From a bacterium (GTDB lineage: Bacteria > UBA8248): 64,000 bases of DNA. Below the pieces are notes generated by a model, which saw only the letters and a list, made by a program, of their open reading frames with translations, was not told where the DNA came from and did not search any database. The number at the start of each line of letters is the position of its first letter. The stretch's first letter is position 1. Of the stretch, positions 1-10,550 are shown in pieces. The stretch is taken from NCBI GenBank assembly GCA_965203325.1, contig OZ241875.1, positions 4,000,001-4,064,000 of the forward strand. The letters are read 5' to 3'. The position numbers and the translations under genes are program-made.

Positions 1-305
1 TTTCCCGGTTTCGAGAAATGGATGCCGTGCTTGCGGCAGAAACCGAGCATGAAGCGGTGTGCGTCGGTGTGGAGGCTGTTGACCTGGATGGTCTGGTGGT
101 CGCCGTACATGACGGCCGTTTTCTGCTTCACTTGGGCTAAGCCCATGGCCTCGAAGTGGAGCAGGGCGGTGGGGCCGGATGCGTCCTGCAGCAACACCTG
201 GTCGATTCGTATCTCGACTTCTTCGCCCGGCGTTCTCGCGGCGCCCGAAACCAGGTGCGCGTCGATGAGCTTTTGCGTGAGGCTGCGCGAGCCCTGCTCA
301 GCCAC
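1..305 (-). CDS. acn: Aconitate hydratase, N-terminal part (runs off window start)
   Basis: Hand translation from GTG at 305: MAEQGSRSLTQKLIDAHLV...IRIDQVLLQDASGPTALLHFEAMG...YGDHQT...HGIHFSKPG, the aconitase N-terminal pattern. Overlaps the citrate synthase stop; missing from the ORF track. Confidence 0.85.
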   Translation of the reverse strand, partial: MAEQGSRSLTQKLIDAHLVSGAARTPGEEVEIRIDQVLLQDASGPTALLHFEAMGLAQVKQKTAVMYGDHQTIQVNSLHTDAHRFMLGFCRKHGIHFSKPG

Positions 306-1434
306 GGCTTCTCATGGTCCTGTAGGGCCGCTTTCCGGGGCCGGTGTAGCGCGCCCGGGGGCGGATGAGGCGGTTGTCGGCCTGTTGCTCCAGGATGTTG
401 GCCGTCCAGCCCGCGACGCGCGACATGGCGATGATGGGAACGAACAGCTCCATGGGGATCCCCAGCCCCTGCCAGAGGGGTGCGGAGTAGAAATCCACGT
501 TCGGGATGACGCCCTTTCGGCTCTGAACCGCGTGGTCGAGCGCGCGCGCCATGTCGAACCACTTGGCGTCGCGGCCGGGCTGGTGGCACACCTCCTCGGC
601 CAACTCGATGAGCACGCTCGCGCGCGGGTCGCCGCTCTTCGTATAGACCCGGTGCCCGAAGCCCATGAACAGGCGTTTCTTCGCGAGCGCCGCCTCGACG
701 AAGGGCTCCACGTTCTCGATATCGCCGATCTCCCTCAGGGTCTCCATCACCGCCAGGCCAGCGCCCCCGTGGAGCGGGCCTTTCAGGGCGCTGATGCCCG
801 CCGTGACGGCGGAGTAGATGTCCGACATGGTGGAGGTGACGACGCGCGTCGCGAAAGTGGACGCATTGAACTCGTGCTCCGCATAGAGGACGAGGGTGGC
901 GTCGAGCGCGCGCGCGTCGAGCTTGTCGGGCGTCTCGCCCGTGATCATGTAGAGGAAATTCGCCGCATGCCCGAGTCCTCTGCGGGGGTTGAGCGGCTTG
1001 AGGCCTGCCGCGAGGCGATGCTGGGCCGCGACGATGGTGGGCATTTTCGCGGTGAGCCGGAGCGCCTTTCTGCGGTTCGCCTCGGGCGAGTCGTCTTCGG
1101 CCTCTTCGTCGAACAGCCCCTGGATGCCGACACCGCCTCTCAGCGCCGCTGTTCTCTGCGAGCCTGTGGGTATCTGTCTCAAAGCGCGCAGCATCCCGGG
1201 CGAGAGCGCGCGCTCGGCCTTCATGGCCCCGTCGAATTCCTTCAAGCGCTCTCGGGTGGGGAGTTCGCCGTGCCAGAGCAGGTAGACGATCTCCTCGAAG
1301 GTGACCTTCTTGCGCACCATCTCGGGCACGTCGTAGCCGTAATACCCCAGAATCCCGTTCACGCCGTCCAGGGAGCATATCCGCGTGTCGGCCGCGATGA
1401 CGCCCTCAAGGCCTCTGATTGGGGAGTCTTCCAT
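298..1434 (-). CDS. Citrate/2-methylcitrate synthase
   Basis: GLEGVIA, HEFNASTF, GPLHGGA, GFGHRVY and PNVDFY catalytic motifs. Confidence 0.92.
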   Translation of the reverse strand: MEDSPIRGLEGVIAADTRICSLDGVNGILGYYGYDVPEMVRKKVTFEEIVYLLWHGELPTRERLKEFDGAMKAERALSPGMLRALRQIPTGSQRTAALRGGVGIQGLFDEEAEDDSPEANRRKALRLTAKMPTIVAAQHRLAAGLKPLNPRRGLGHAANFLYMITGETPDKLDARALDATLVLYAEHEFNASTFATRVVTSTMSDIYSAVTAGISALKGPLHGGAGLAVMETLREIGDIENVEPFVEAALAKKRLFMGFGHRVYTKSGDPRASVLIELAEEVCHQPGRDAKWFDMARALDHAVQSRKGVIPNVDFYSAPLWQGLGIPMELFVPIIAMSRVAGWTANILEQQADNRLIRPRARYTGPGKRPYRTMRSRG

Positions 1435-1458
1435 AATAAGTCTCCTCTGCAGAGCGTT

Positions 1459-2433
1459 TTACTCGTAGATTTCGGGATTGGCGAGCGAGGTGACTTTCTC
1501 GCCCTCTACCGCCCGCTTGATATTATCGCACAAAAGCTTGTAGCTCTCACGCTGGACGCTTTCGGTCTGGGCGGCGTTGTGGGGCGACATGACGACGTTG
1601 GGGAATTTGTGCAAGGGATGATCTGCAGGCAACGGGTCCGGCTCGACCACGTCGAGGCCCGCGCCCGCGATTTTGCCCTCCCGGACCGCGTCCGTAAGCG
1701 CCGCTGTATCCACGTGGGGGCCGCGCGATACGTTGACGAGAGAGGCCGTCTCCTTCATCAGGTCGAATTCTCTCGCGCCGATAATGCCCGTGTTCTCGGG
1801 CGTCAGGGGCAGGGTGAGGACAAGGAAATCGACGCGCGGGAGGAGTTCGTGGAGCGTCTCCACCTCTTCCACCTCGAAGCCCTCGGGCTGGAACTTCCCC
1901 CGCGTGCGCGTATAGGCGCAGATTTCCATCTCGAAGGCGGCGGCGCGCTTCGCCAGCGCCCCCCCGATGTTCCCCAGCCCCACGATCCCAAGCGTCGCGC
2001 CCTGAAGCTGGAAGTGGAGTTTTCGTTCTCCAATCGGCCAGAGCCAGGGCCTCCTGGCCATGATGAGGGTGAGCGTCATGGCGTGTTCCGCCACGGGAAT
2101 GCAGCGCATCCAGCCGGGCGCGTTGGCGACGGGGATGCCGAGTTCGGTGGCCGCCTGCGTGTCGATGTTGTCCACGCCGGTGCCCACCTTGCCGACCACC
2201 TTGATATCCGGCCCCGCCTCCATCATCTCCCGCGTGATGGGCGCGAAGCCGGTAGTGAGCGCGCACGCGCTCTCGGCCGCCTTGAGCAGACTCGCGTCGT
2301 CGAAGGATTCCGGCTCTACGAACTCATAGCCCTCGTGCAGGTATTCCACCATGAAGGCCTTGCGGGCGGGCTGCGTTTTCGTGCGCTCATCCACGCTCAA
2401 GACGCGGTGTGCCATTTGGATGATTTCCTCCAT
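1459..2433 (-). CDS. D-isomer-specific 2-hydroxyacid dehydrogenase
   Basis: GTGVDNID, GIVGLGNIG, LVNVSRG, GLDV..PDP, SPHNAA; true start may be 2415. Confidence 0.9.
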   Translation of the reverse strand: MEEIIQMAHRVLSVDERTKTQPARKAFMVEYLHEGYEFVEPESFDDASLLKAAESACALTTGFAPITREMMEAGPDIKVVGKVGTGVDNIDTQAATELGIPVANAPGWMRCIPVAEHAMTLTLIMARRPWLWPIGERKLHFQLQGATLGIVGLGNIGGALAKRAAAFEMEICAYTRTRGKFQPEGFEVEEVETLHELLPRVDFLVLTLPLTPENTGIIGAREFDLMKETASLVNVSRGPHVDTAALTDAVREGKIAGAGLDVVEPDPLPADHPLHKFPNVVMSPHNAAQTESVQRESYKLLCDNIKRAVEGEKVTSLANPEIYE

Positions 2434-2449
2434 TGTGTCGGTGCATCAT

Positions 2450-2622
2450 GGGAATGTTGAAAAAGCTCCCTTGTCAGGGGATAAAGGCAACCCCCCCTAC
2501 CCCCCCTTGACAGGGGGGTAAAAAGCAATGCCCCCGACAAGGGGGGGTAGGGGGGGGTTGCTTTTCCAGTCGAGAGGGGTGTCCCCTCTACCCCCTGAAA
2601 AGGGGGCTTTTTCAACAACCCC
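2450..2622. mobile_element. MITE-like element with TGTTGAAAAA...TTTTTCAACA ends enclosing a family-A REP doublet
   Basis: Inverted ends at 2455 and 2608-2617; inner CAACCCCCCCTACCCCCCCTTGACAGGGGGG and its inverted copy. Confidence 0.65.
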
Positions 2623-2626
2623 GCCT

Positions 2627-3256
2627 TCATGATGGCTGGCCGAATTTCTCTTTCGCGTCCGCCATGCTCGATGTGCCGGGCCGCCAGGCGGGAGGCGGGT
2701 CGGCCTCGTCGCGCGAGAACCCATCGCGCTCGAGCCTGTCGCGGAACCACGCCTCGTTGATGCGATTGGTGTCCACGTCCATTCTGGCCAGGTCGCAGAA
2801 AATCTCGATCCCGTTTCCGCAGGGGTCGTGAAAGTAAAAGGCGCGGTTCTCGCCCAGGGTGCCGTCGCCCTCGGGGTGCGTGGGGCTGTGGACGAGGGGC
2901 CCCGCCGCGATCTTGATTCCCTTCGAGCGGATGTGCGCCGCCCAGGTTTCGAGTTCCTCTTTCGAGCCGACCTCGAAGGCCACGTGGTGGAGGCCGACCT
3001 CGGGTTTTCGCATGCCGCCCTCTTTGGGGGTCAGGCCGGCTTCTTTTGGATAGGCGATGAGGGATACCTCGTGATGGCCCTCGCCGCAGCGCATGAAGCA
3101 TATCCCCCACGGGCTGTGGGGGTTGTCGCCCGGCTCGTAGCGGTCCGAGACCCGGAGCCCCATGACGTCGCGGTAGAAGGCCACCGCCTCGTCCAAGTCG
3201 TGGACCTTGAGGCCCACGTGCTGGATGCGCCTGAGAGCGGGAGGAGCTTTGCTCAT
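2627..3256 (-). CDS. VOC (glyoxalase/extradiol dioxygenase) family protein
   Basis: IQHVGLKVHDL..AVAFYRDVMGL, GLHHVAFEV, FYFHDPCGNGIEI. Confidence 0.85.
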   Translation of the reverse strand: MSKAPPALRRIQHVGLKVHDLDEAVAFYRDVMGLRVSDRYEPGDNPHSPWGICFMRCGEGHHEVSLIAYPKEAGLTPKEGGMRKPEVGLHHVAFEVGSKEELETWAAHIRSKGIKIAAGPLVHSPTHPEGDGTLGENRAFYFHDPCGNGIEIFCDLARMDVDTNRINEAWFRDRLERDGFSRDEADPPPAWRPGTSSMADAKEKFGQPS

Positions 3257-3284
3257 GGTGCCTCCTTCTCGGGAACTGTTTGAA

Positions 3285-5753
3285 TTAAGTGGGTACCGGG
3301 TCTTCGCCGCCGCGCGTGCGCTGTAAGACGAACACCGCTGCGATGGCGATGATGCCGGCGGCGTAGGAGAGATACCTCAAGTCTCCTTCCAGCGGGGTGA
3401 TGAAGGTCACGAAATTCCCCACGGGGAGGAGGAGGCATACCGAACTGATGAACATCAGGGCCCGCTCCACGCCGTTCGCATGGCGCGTCATGAAGTTCTC
3501 CATCCACCCGGCCCAGCCGACGATGCCGATGAGACACGCCCCGAAGGTAATCGCCACCTCTGTCGTCGTGCCGCTCAAGAGGAGCGGGGTGTAGACGAAC
3601 AGGAACGGCATGATGAACAGCCACGAGGCGAGCTTCAGCGCCTGGAAGCCGGTCTGCACCGGGTCGGACACGGCGATAGCGCTCGCCGCGTAGGCGGCCA
3701 GGGCGACCGGCGGGGTAACGGCGCTCACGACGGCCACCCAGAAGCAGATGAGGTGCGCGTGAACGGTCGGCACGCCCAGGTTGGTGAGCGCGATGACGCC
3801 GAAGATGACCAGCACCACGTAGCTCGCCGTGATGGGCAGGCCCATGCCGACGATGTAGCCCGCGATGATGACCCATATGATGGTGAGCGGCAGGAGGCCG
3901 AAGCTGAACTCGGTCAACAAAATGGAGATGCGGCCCGACAGGTCGCTTTGCGTCGCGCAGGAGAGCAGGATGCCCAGCACGCACGCGATGCAGCCGATGA
4001 CGAGCGTGTTCCGCGCGCCTGCTTCGAGCGAAATCCAGGTGACCTTGACGATATCCACCACGAGTTCCCACAGCCGCCTGAAGAGAATCGGCCCCGTCTC
4101 GTATTCGGACTCTCCGGTTTCCGCCCGCATCCCGGTCGCGACGATCTCGGCGAGTTTCAGTACGATGAACGCTGTCACCGTCCAGAACAGGGCGTCTCCC
4201 CAGTTCATCCCGCGCAGCGTGTCCGCGAACCAGGAGAACGGAGCGCCGATTTGCAGGCCGAAGAAATAGGAGAAGACGCCGAAGGCGATCGAGACGTACA
4301 GGAACGGGCGGGCCGTCTGGTCTGCTGTGGGTATATTGATGTTCGAGAGCAGTTCGCAGGTCTTCAGCATCACGATGAGGCAGATGGTCTTGAAGGCCGC
4401 CAGGAACGCGGAATCGCCGATGACGAGGAAATACACCATCACGGGGATGGGCAGCAGGAAGTGGAGGCGCGGGATGATCCTGCTCCAGGGGGGCAGCTCC
4501 GAGGGGTCGACGCCGTGGAGTCCGCGCCGCACGGCACGGATGTAGACCATGTAGCCCACCGAGAGATAGTAGAGAATGGCCGGGAGCGTCGCTATCTTGA
4601 CGATGTCGAAATACGAGGTTTCGGTGAGCTGAGCGACGAGAAAGGCCCCGCCCGCCATGATGGGCGGCATGTAGGCCCCTCCCGTAGAGGCGGCGGCCTC
4701 GACCGCGCCCGCGAATTCGGAGCGGTAGCCCACCCGCTTCATGAGGGGGATGGTGAACGTGCCCGTCGTCACCACGTTGGCCACGCCGCTGCCCGAGATC
4801 ATGCCGAACAGCCCGCTCGACATGACGGCCGTAAGGCCGGGGCCGCCTGTTTTCTGGCCCGTCACCCGGTAGGTGGCGTCGATGAGGAATTCGCCCAGCC
4901 CCGTTTTTTCCAGAAAAGCGCCCAGGACGACGAAGATGACGATGTAGGTGGCGAAGACCTCGACGATGAGGCCGGTGATGCCGTCGGCCTCGAGCATCAG
5001 GAACTCGGTCACGCGGTCGAGCCCGAAGCCGTCGTGGTAGAGAAGGCCCGGCGATATCTGCGCGATGGGCTTGAAACTGTAGATCAGGAAGAAGAAGCCG
5101 ATGAACGGGATGACGGGGCCGATGACGCGCCTGGCGATGTCGAAACTCACCGCCGTCAGGAGCAGCGTGTATATCACCACCGAGGTGGGCACCGGGCCGC
5201 CGATGCGCGTGGTGAGTTCGATGTTGTAGATGTTCCACCAGATGATGGGGGCGACGGCCGAAACGATGAACAGCCAGTCCGAGAGTGTGGGGTATTCCGA
5301 TACGCGCTCTGTGGTGGCTTCAAACCGGTAGAGGAACGCGCCGAACAGACCGCCGAGCAGGGCGACCAGGTAGGTTCCCCCGACCATGAACTCACTCCAG
5401 AGCACGTCGCCGAAGAAAGCGCCCCAATACGCCCACAGGGCCAGGGTGGCGCACATGACGACGATGGCGGAAAACGAGAAGATTTCATCGAGATAGGCGA
5501 ACCCCTCCCGGACCGGCCTTTGCCTGCCCTTGTAGACGAGGATGCACAAGCTGGCGGTCGCCAGGATGTAGACGCCCTTGAAGATTTCCGAACGCGGGGG
5601 GCCGAAGAATGAGATATGAACGAAGAAGTAGGAAAACGCGACGGAAATAATCGAGACGATGACGCGCGAATAACCCCGGAGGTCGCGTGGTAGGACCATC
5701 TCGTCCGATATGAGGCCGATCTTCATCAAAAAGGGCAGGAGATTTCGGTACAT
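3285..5753 (-). CDS. TRAP transporter fused 4TM/12TM permease
   Basis: GMISGSGVANVVTTGTFTIPLMKRVGY, ASTGG..MPPIM, GMGLP.TASY, VTPPVALAAY. Confidence 0.92.
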   Translation of the reverse strand: MYRNLLPFLMKIGLISDEMVLPRDLRGYSRVIVSIISVAFSYFFVHISFFGPPRSEIFKGVYILATASLCILVYKGRQRPVREGFAYLDEIFSFSAIVVMCATLALWAYWGAFFGDVLWSEFMVGGTYLVALLGGLFGAFLYRFEATTERVSEYPTLSDWLFIVSAVAPIIWWNIYNIELTTRIGGPVPTSVVIYTLLLTAVSFDIARRVIGPVIPFIGFFFLIYSFKPIAQISPGLLYHDGFGLDRVTEFLMLEADGITGLIVEVFATYIVIFVVLGAFLEKTGLGEFLIDATYRVTGQKTGGPGLTAVMSSGLFGMISGSGVANVVTTGTFTIPLMKRVGYRSEFAGAVEAAASTGGAYMPPIMAGGAFLVAQLTETSYFDIVKIATLPAILYYLSVGYMVYIRAVRRGLHGVDPSELPPWSRIIPRLHFLLPIPVMVYFLVIGDSAFLAAFKTICLIVMLKTCELLSNINIPTADQTARPFLYVSIAFGVFSYFFGLQIGAPFSWFADTLRGMNWGDALFWTVTAFIVLKLAEIVATGMRAETGESEYETGPILFRRLWELVVDIVKVTWISLEAGARNTLVIGCIACVLGILLSCATQSDLSGRISILLTEFSFGLLPLTIIWVIIAGYIVGMGLPITASYVVLVIFGVIALTNLGVPTVHAHLICFWVAVVSAVTPPVALAAYAASAIAVSDPVQTGFQALKLASWLFIMPFLFVYTPLLLSGTTTEVAITFGACLIGIVGWAGWMENFMTRHANGVERALMFISSVCLLLPVGNFVTFITPLEGDLRYLSYAAGIIAIAAVFVLQRTRGGEDPVPT

Positions 5754-5894
5754 GGCGTCCTTACCTCGGCCCGGGCGAGCGGGCCTTGAATGGCGAGAAA
5801 AGTCGTGAAGCGAAAGAATCCCGGGGAGAAGGAGGTTTTCCCGGTTTCTCCTCCTCCCCGGGCGCGATTTCTCGCCGGATTATCGTTGCGAGAA

Positions 5895-6887
5895 TCAGAA
5901 GCCTTTCACGACCTCGTCGGGCACCTTCACGCCGCGTTCTTTCCAGTAACGCGCGGCGGCGGGGTGCACCCAGATCTTGTGCACCTTGAGGGCGTTGAAG
6001 TTGCCGCTCAGGTCACGCCAGTAGCGCGCCGTCTTGGTCAACTGCTTGAGGTTCTCGGGCGAGGCGATGACCTTGAGCATGTTGTAAACGGCGTCGTTGG
6101 ACATCTGCTTGTGGGCGATCCACCAGACGTCGTAGGCGATGGAGCGCGCCGGCGCTTTCATTCCGATGACTTCTTTCTGAACGGGAATGGTGATCGGCAC
6201 GTAGAACTTGTGAGCGCTGGTCACATTCTTCTGCTCGGCCTCGCTCAGGCTGATGTAGCGCACCGGCTTCTGGATGGAGAGCCGGGTGAGGGCCGGGATG
6301 GTGAAGGGCGCGCCGGCGGAGCAGTACACGTCGATCTGGCGGTCGCCCAGGGCGCGGCCCGAGGCGGAGAAGCCCAGGTAGCGCGGCTGAATCTTGTCGA
6401 GGAGCCCGACGGCGGCGAAGATGTTCTTGCAGTTCACGTGGCTGCCCGTTCCCTGCTTGAGCAGGTTCACCCGCTTGCCGGCCATGTCCTTGTAGGACTT
6501 GATGGGGCTGTCCGCCAGCACGGCGATGATCTGCGACTGCGCGCGGACGTTGGCGACGATGCGGAAGTCCTTGTTGGCGCCGTCTTTCTTGAACAGACCA
6601 GTGCCCGTCCAGGACTGGTACACCTGGCCCACGTGTCCCCACGAGGTGGCGAACTCGCCGAGGCTCACGCGGCGGACGTTGGCCACCGAACCGGCCGAGG
6701 GGGAATACTGGAAGTAGAACTTCCGTCCGACCTTTCGGTTCAGAAGCTGGGTTCCCGCACTGATGGAGGGGTGCCACGCGCCGCCGGAGGGGCCTCCGCC
6801 GAAGCGATAGCGTTCGGCCGCATCGACCGCGCCGAAGGTGAACGCCACGGCTGCCGCCACTGTTGCCAAGAATGCGAATTTCTTCAT
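5895..6887 (-). CDS. TAXI-family TRAP solute-binding protein
   Basis: Signal peptide MKKFAFLATVAAAVAF (ATG 6887), GGGPSGGAW, SAGSVAN, VHPAAARYWKE. Confidence 0.88.
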   Translation of the reverse strand: MKKFAFLATVAAAVAFTFGAVDAAERYRFGGGPSGGAWHPSISAGTQLLNRKVGRKFYFQYSPSAGSVANVRRVSLGEFATSWGHVGQVYQSWTGTGLFKKDGANKDFRIVANVRAQSQIIAVLADSPIKSYKDMAGKRVNLLKQGTGSHVNCKNIFAAVGLLDKIQPRYLGFSASGRALGDRQIDVYCSAGAPFTIPALTRLSIQKPVRYISLSEAEQKNVTSAHKFYVPITIPVQKEVIGMKAPARSIAYDVWWIAHKQMSNDAVYNMLKVIASPENLKQLTKTARYWRDLSGNFNALKVHKIWVHPAAARYWKERGVKVPDEVVKGF

Positions 6888-7193
6888 TACAAACTCCTTT
6901 TGATGGTGAAAACGTGCACGAAATTTTGATGATGACGCTTCATCACCACATGAACGCCTGTGTCTTTTCAGAGTTCCCCGTGAACTCAAGTCCTCTATCT
7001 TCTCATGCTATCCGTCCCGCCGTCCGCTCGGACAGGGCGTGCGATTTTGCTTGCCTGATGAGAATGCCTCATTATCTCCGCTGAAAACTCCGTGTCAAGA
7101 CCTGCGGCCGCCCGCGCGGCGGACGCGCAGGTCCGCTCCTGTGCAGATATCCCCCCCGCGCGGCTCACTCTCAAGGGGACAGTCTCCACATGC

Positions 7194-7610
7194 CTCACCC
7201 TGAGTAGCGGCGGAGCCGCGTATCGAAGGGCGCTCCCCTCGCCCATAAAGGCAACCCCCCCTACCCCCCCTTGTCAGGGGGGCAAGAAAAAGCAAAACCC
7301 TCTCAGCCCGGCGGGGGCGCATCGCCTTTTTATACCCCCTGACAAGGGTCTGTTGAAAAAGCCCGATTAACGAGGATTCGACGCGACCGTGGAGGGGGCG
7401 GTTTTTGTAGGGGACGCATAGTATGCGTCCCAGCTTTTTCGACGTCGGAACTCGGGCCGCATATATGCGGCCCCTACAATCCCTTTGGCAAGGCGGTATC
7501 CCATTGCCGGCATTGCAGGGTTTTTTAACAGCCCTGACAAGGGGGGTAGGGGGGGTTGCTCCTTTGATAAAGGTTTTTTCAACAGCCCCGAGAAAGGAGC
7601 GTTTGTATCG
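7194..7610. repeat. Cluster of REP/MITE-like repeats (families E, A, GTAG-type, TGTTGAAAAA ends)
   Basis: CTCACCCTGAGTAGCGGCGGAGCCGCGTATCGAAGGG at 7194; family-A arms at 7251 and 7531; TGTTGAAAAA 7351 with TTTTTCAACAGCCCC ending 7589. Confidence 0.7.
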
Positions 7611-7767
7611 AAGGGCGCGCTTCTGGTCGCCTCGCCGGGGGGCGGTCCCGGAAGAAAGAGCATTTTCTCCCGATGTGTGATAAGGAATAGGGGATCGGAA
7701 CAATCCATTGTCCATTTTTTGAGATAACGACGAGGCGCACGGCGCCCCAATTCGATGGGAGAAGAAG

Positions 7768-8748
7768 ATGAAGGCGATACACGTGCATGAATTCGGCGGC
7801 CCCGAAGTGATGGTGCTCGAAGACGCGGCGGACCCGGCGCCCGCGGCGGGCCAGATACTGGTGGACGTGAAGGCGGCGGGCGTGAACCCCGTGGACACCA
7901 CCTTCCGCTCGGGCGCACATCCGCTCTCGAAGAGCCTGGCGCTGCCCTGGACGCCCGGCATCGACGCGGCGGGCGACGTGACGGCCGTGGGCGAGGGCGT
8001 GAGCGGTTTCTCCCCCGGCGACAGGGTGTTCGGCGCGGCGGTGAGCGGCGCGTATGCCGAAAAGGCGCTCCTGAATCCCTTCCGCACGGCGAAACTCCCG
8101 GACAACCTCTCCTATGAGGAGGGTGCTTCCCTGCCGGTGGTCTTGTACACGGCCTACTACGCGCTGATTTACAAGGCGCAGATAAAGGCGGGCGAGACGG
8201 TGCTCATCCACGCGGGCGCGGGCGGCGTGGGCTGCATGGGGATCCAGATCGCAAAGGCGGCCGGCGCGCGCGTCATCACGACGGTGAGTTCAGAAGAAAA
8301 AGCCGCGTTTTGCCGCGATTTCGGGGCCGACGTGGTGATCAACTACCGCGAGGAGGATGTCGCCGAGCGCTGCCTGGCCGAGACCGGCGGCGTCGGGGTG
8401 GATTCGGTGATCGAGATGGTGGCGGTGGAGAATTTCGACGCCGACTGCCGGGCGGTCAAGAAATACGGCACGATCGTCGTGCTCGGCGCGGGCACCGGCA
8501 AGAACCCGGTGGGTTCGGTGAACTATCCGCCGTTTTATTCAAAGGACATCGACGTGCGCGGGTTGAGCCTGTTCAACTCCGACCCCGTGTTCCCGGAGAT
8601 GATTCGCCAGCTGGATCTGATGCTGGCCGATGGCAGGGTGCGCGCCTCGGTGGGGGAGACGATGCCGCTTGCGGATGCGCCTCGCGCCCATGACGTGCTG
8701 ATGACCGGGAAAGTCTTCGGGAAAATCGTGCTGACGATGGGCGGCTAG
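7768..8748 (+). CDS. NADPH:quinone oxidoreductase (zeta-crystallin/MDR family)
   Basis: MKAIHVHEFGGPEV, AAGVNPVD, IHAGAGGVG, GKIVL. Confidence 0.9.
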   Translation: MKAIHVHEFGGPEVMVLEDAADPAPAAGQILVDVKAAGVNPVDTTFRSGAHPLSKSLALPWTPGIDAAGDVTAVGEGVSGFSPGDRVFGAAVSGAYAEKALLNPFRTAKLPDNLSYEEGASLPVVLYTAYYALIYKAQIKAGETVLIHAGAGGVGCMGIQIAKAAGARVITTVSSEEKAAFCRDFGADVVINYREEDVAERCLAETGGVGVDSVIEMVAVENFDADCRAVKKYGTIVVLGAGTGKNPVGSVNYPPFYSKDIDVRGLSLFNSDPVFPEMIRQLDLMLADGRVRASVGETMPLADAPRAHDVLMTGKVFGKIVLTMGG

Positions 8749-8779
8749 ACGCCGTATCTCGGCCACCTGGTGAACCCAC

Positions 8780-9196
8780 ATGAATGAAGACGCGATTCAG
8801 CCGGGTATCGAGGGGACGTATGCCGTCGTCGTGGCGGATGAGCACGTGCCCATGCACCTGCGCGGCACGAACGCAGAAGTCGTGGCGACGCCCGAACTGG
8901 TGCGCTTCATGGAAAAGGCCGCCATGGACGCGCTGGCGGCCCACCTGGGGCCTGAAGAGACGAGCGTGGGGACGAAGGTATCGCTCACCCACATGGCGGG
9001 AACGCCCAAGGGGATGCGCGTGGAAGCGCGGGCGCGGCTGGTCGAGCGTGACCGCAGGCGCTGCGTCTTCGAGGTGGAGATTCACGACGAGGTGGAACTC
9101 GTCGCCCGCGGGACGAACGAGCGCTTCATCGTGCCCAAAGAGCGCAAGAATGAAAAACTGATGGAAAAGATAGGAATAGCTAATAAACGACAATAA
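8780..9196 (+). CDS. FlK-like hotdog thioesterase
   Basis: VVATPELVRFMEKAA, TSVGT.VSLTH, RGTNERFIV. Confidence 0.85.
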   Translation: MNEDAIQPGIEGTYAVVVADEHVPMHLRGTNAEVVATPELVRFMEKAAMDALAAHLGPEETSVGTKVSLTHMAGTPKGMRVEARARLVERDRRRCVFEVEIHDEVELVARGTNERFIVPKERKNEKLMEKIGIANKRQ

Positions 9197-9241
9197 AACA
9201 ATTAGATATTAGATATATTTCAACAATTTTCAAGGAAAGAT

Positions 9242-10414
9242 ATGGACGGTTTGGAAGGAATTCGGGTGCTGGACCTCACGCATTACGTGGCGGGGCCGTT
9301 CTGTACGCTGATGATGGGGGACGCGGGCGCGGACGTGGTGAAGCTCGAACCGCCCGAGGGCGACCGCGTGCGGAATTTCCCGTCCTCATTCGCCGGGGAA
9401 AGCAGGCTGTTCCTGGGCCTGAACCGCAGCAAGCGCAGCATCGCCTTGAACCTGCGGGCGGAGCAGGGCCGGGAGATCGCCAAGAGGCTCGCCGCACAGG
9501 CCGACGTGTTCGTGGAGGGCTACCGCCCCGGCGCGGTCGAGAAGTTCGGGCTCGGCGCGGACGCCCTGATGCGCGAGAACCCCCGGCTCATCTATCTCTC
9601 GGTATCCGCCTACGGGCAGGGCGGCCCCCTGCGCGAGCGGCGCGGCATCGACCCCATCATCCAGACCACGGCGGGCATTCCCGCCGAGCAGGGCGGGGGC
9701 GGCGCGCCGGAACTCGTGCAGGGTTCTTTCGTGGACTACATGACGGGCGCGCTCGCGTACGGCGCGGTGATGATGGCGCTCTACGCCCGCGAGCGCACAG
9801 GCCAAGGCCAGCGAATCGACGCGTCTCTGCTGGGCGGGGCGACGGCCATGCAGTTCGGGCGCCTCATGTGGGCGAGTGATTTGGAGCCCGTCTCGGAGGT
9901 GGAAGACGCCCTGAACGACCGCATCGCCCGCGTGTATGAGGTTTCCGACGGCTACATCTATCTTTACATGGACGTGGACGGTTTCTGGGAGAAATCCTCG
10001 GAAATTCTGGGGCTCCCCGAACTGCTCGAAGAAGAGGCCTGGCGGACCTTCCGAGGGAGGCACGATGCGCGAGGCGTCATCATCCCCCTCGTGCAGGAGG
10101 TCCTGCGCAGGGCGCCGGGCGAGGAATGGGTGCGCAGGTTCGAGGGCGAGGGCGTGCCCTGCGCGCGCGTGCGCAAGCCCACCGATCTATATGAGGACCC
10201 CCAGATGAAGGCGATGGGCTATCTCGCGCAGGCCGAGCATCCCGAATACGGGGTGTTGCAGCTCGGCGGCGTGCCCGTCAAGTTCGACAAGACGCCCGCT
10301 TCCGTGCGGAGGCCCCCGCCGGTGCTCGGCCAGCATTCCGATGAGGTGCTTGGCGAACTCGGTTTCTCGGGGGAGGAGATAGCCGTTCTCAGGAGGGAGG
10401 ACGTCGTCCGCTAG
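9242..10414 (+). CDS. CaiB/BaiF (family III) CoA-transferase
   Basis: LEGIRVLDLT..VAGP, GADVVKLEPP.GD, NRSKRS, PPVLGQHSDEVL. Confidence 0.92.
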   Translation: MDGLEGIRVLDLTHYVAGPFCTLMMGDAGADVVKLEPPEGDRVRNFPSSFAGESRLFLGLNRSKRSIALNLRAEQGREIAKRLAAQADVFVEGYRPGAVEKFGLGADALMRENPRLIYLSVSAYGQGGPLRERRGIDPIIQTTAGIPAEQGGGGAPELVQGSFVDYMTGALAYGAVMMALYARERTGQGQRIDASLLGGATAMQFGRLMWASDLEPVSEVEDALNDRIARVYEVSDGYIYLYMDVDGFWEKSSEILGLPELLEEEAWRTFRGRHDARGVIIPLVQEVLRRAPGEEWVRRFEGEGVPCARVRKPTDLYEDPQMKAMGYLAQAEHPEYGVLQLGGVPVKFDKTPASVRRPPPVLGQHSDEVLGELGFSGEEIAVLRREDVVR

Positions 10415-10550
10415 GGATTTCATATTTCGTATCGGGTGAATTGACCGCAAGATGCGCCGCGCTCGGCATTCCGCCCGAATCCAGGACAGATACATTTCCC
10501 GGCGAAACTTCTTTTGCCATTTTCATCAAACATCAAACGTGGAGAGGAAA

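Noticed and set aside
22..2460. 812-aa plus-strand ORF and other long antisense ORFs (3480-5612, 34281-36344, 61301-63826)
   Set aside because: Shadow frames of recognisable genes on the opposite strand in high-GC DNA.
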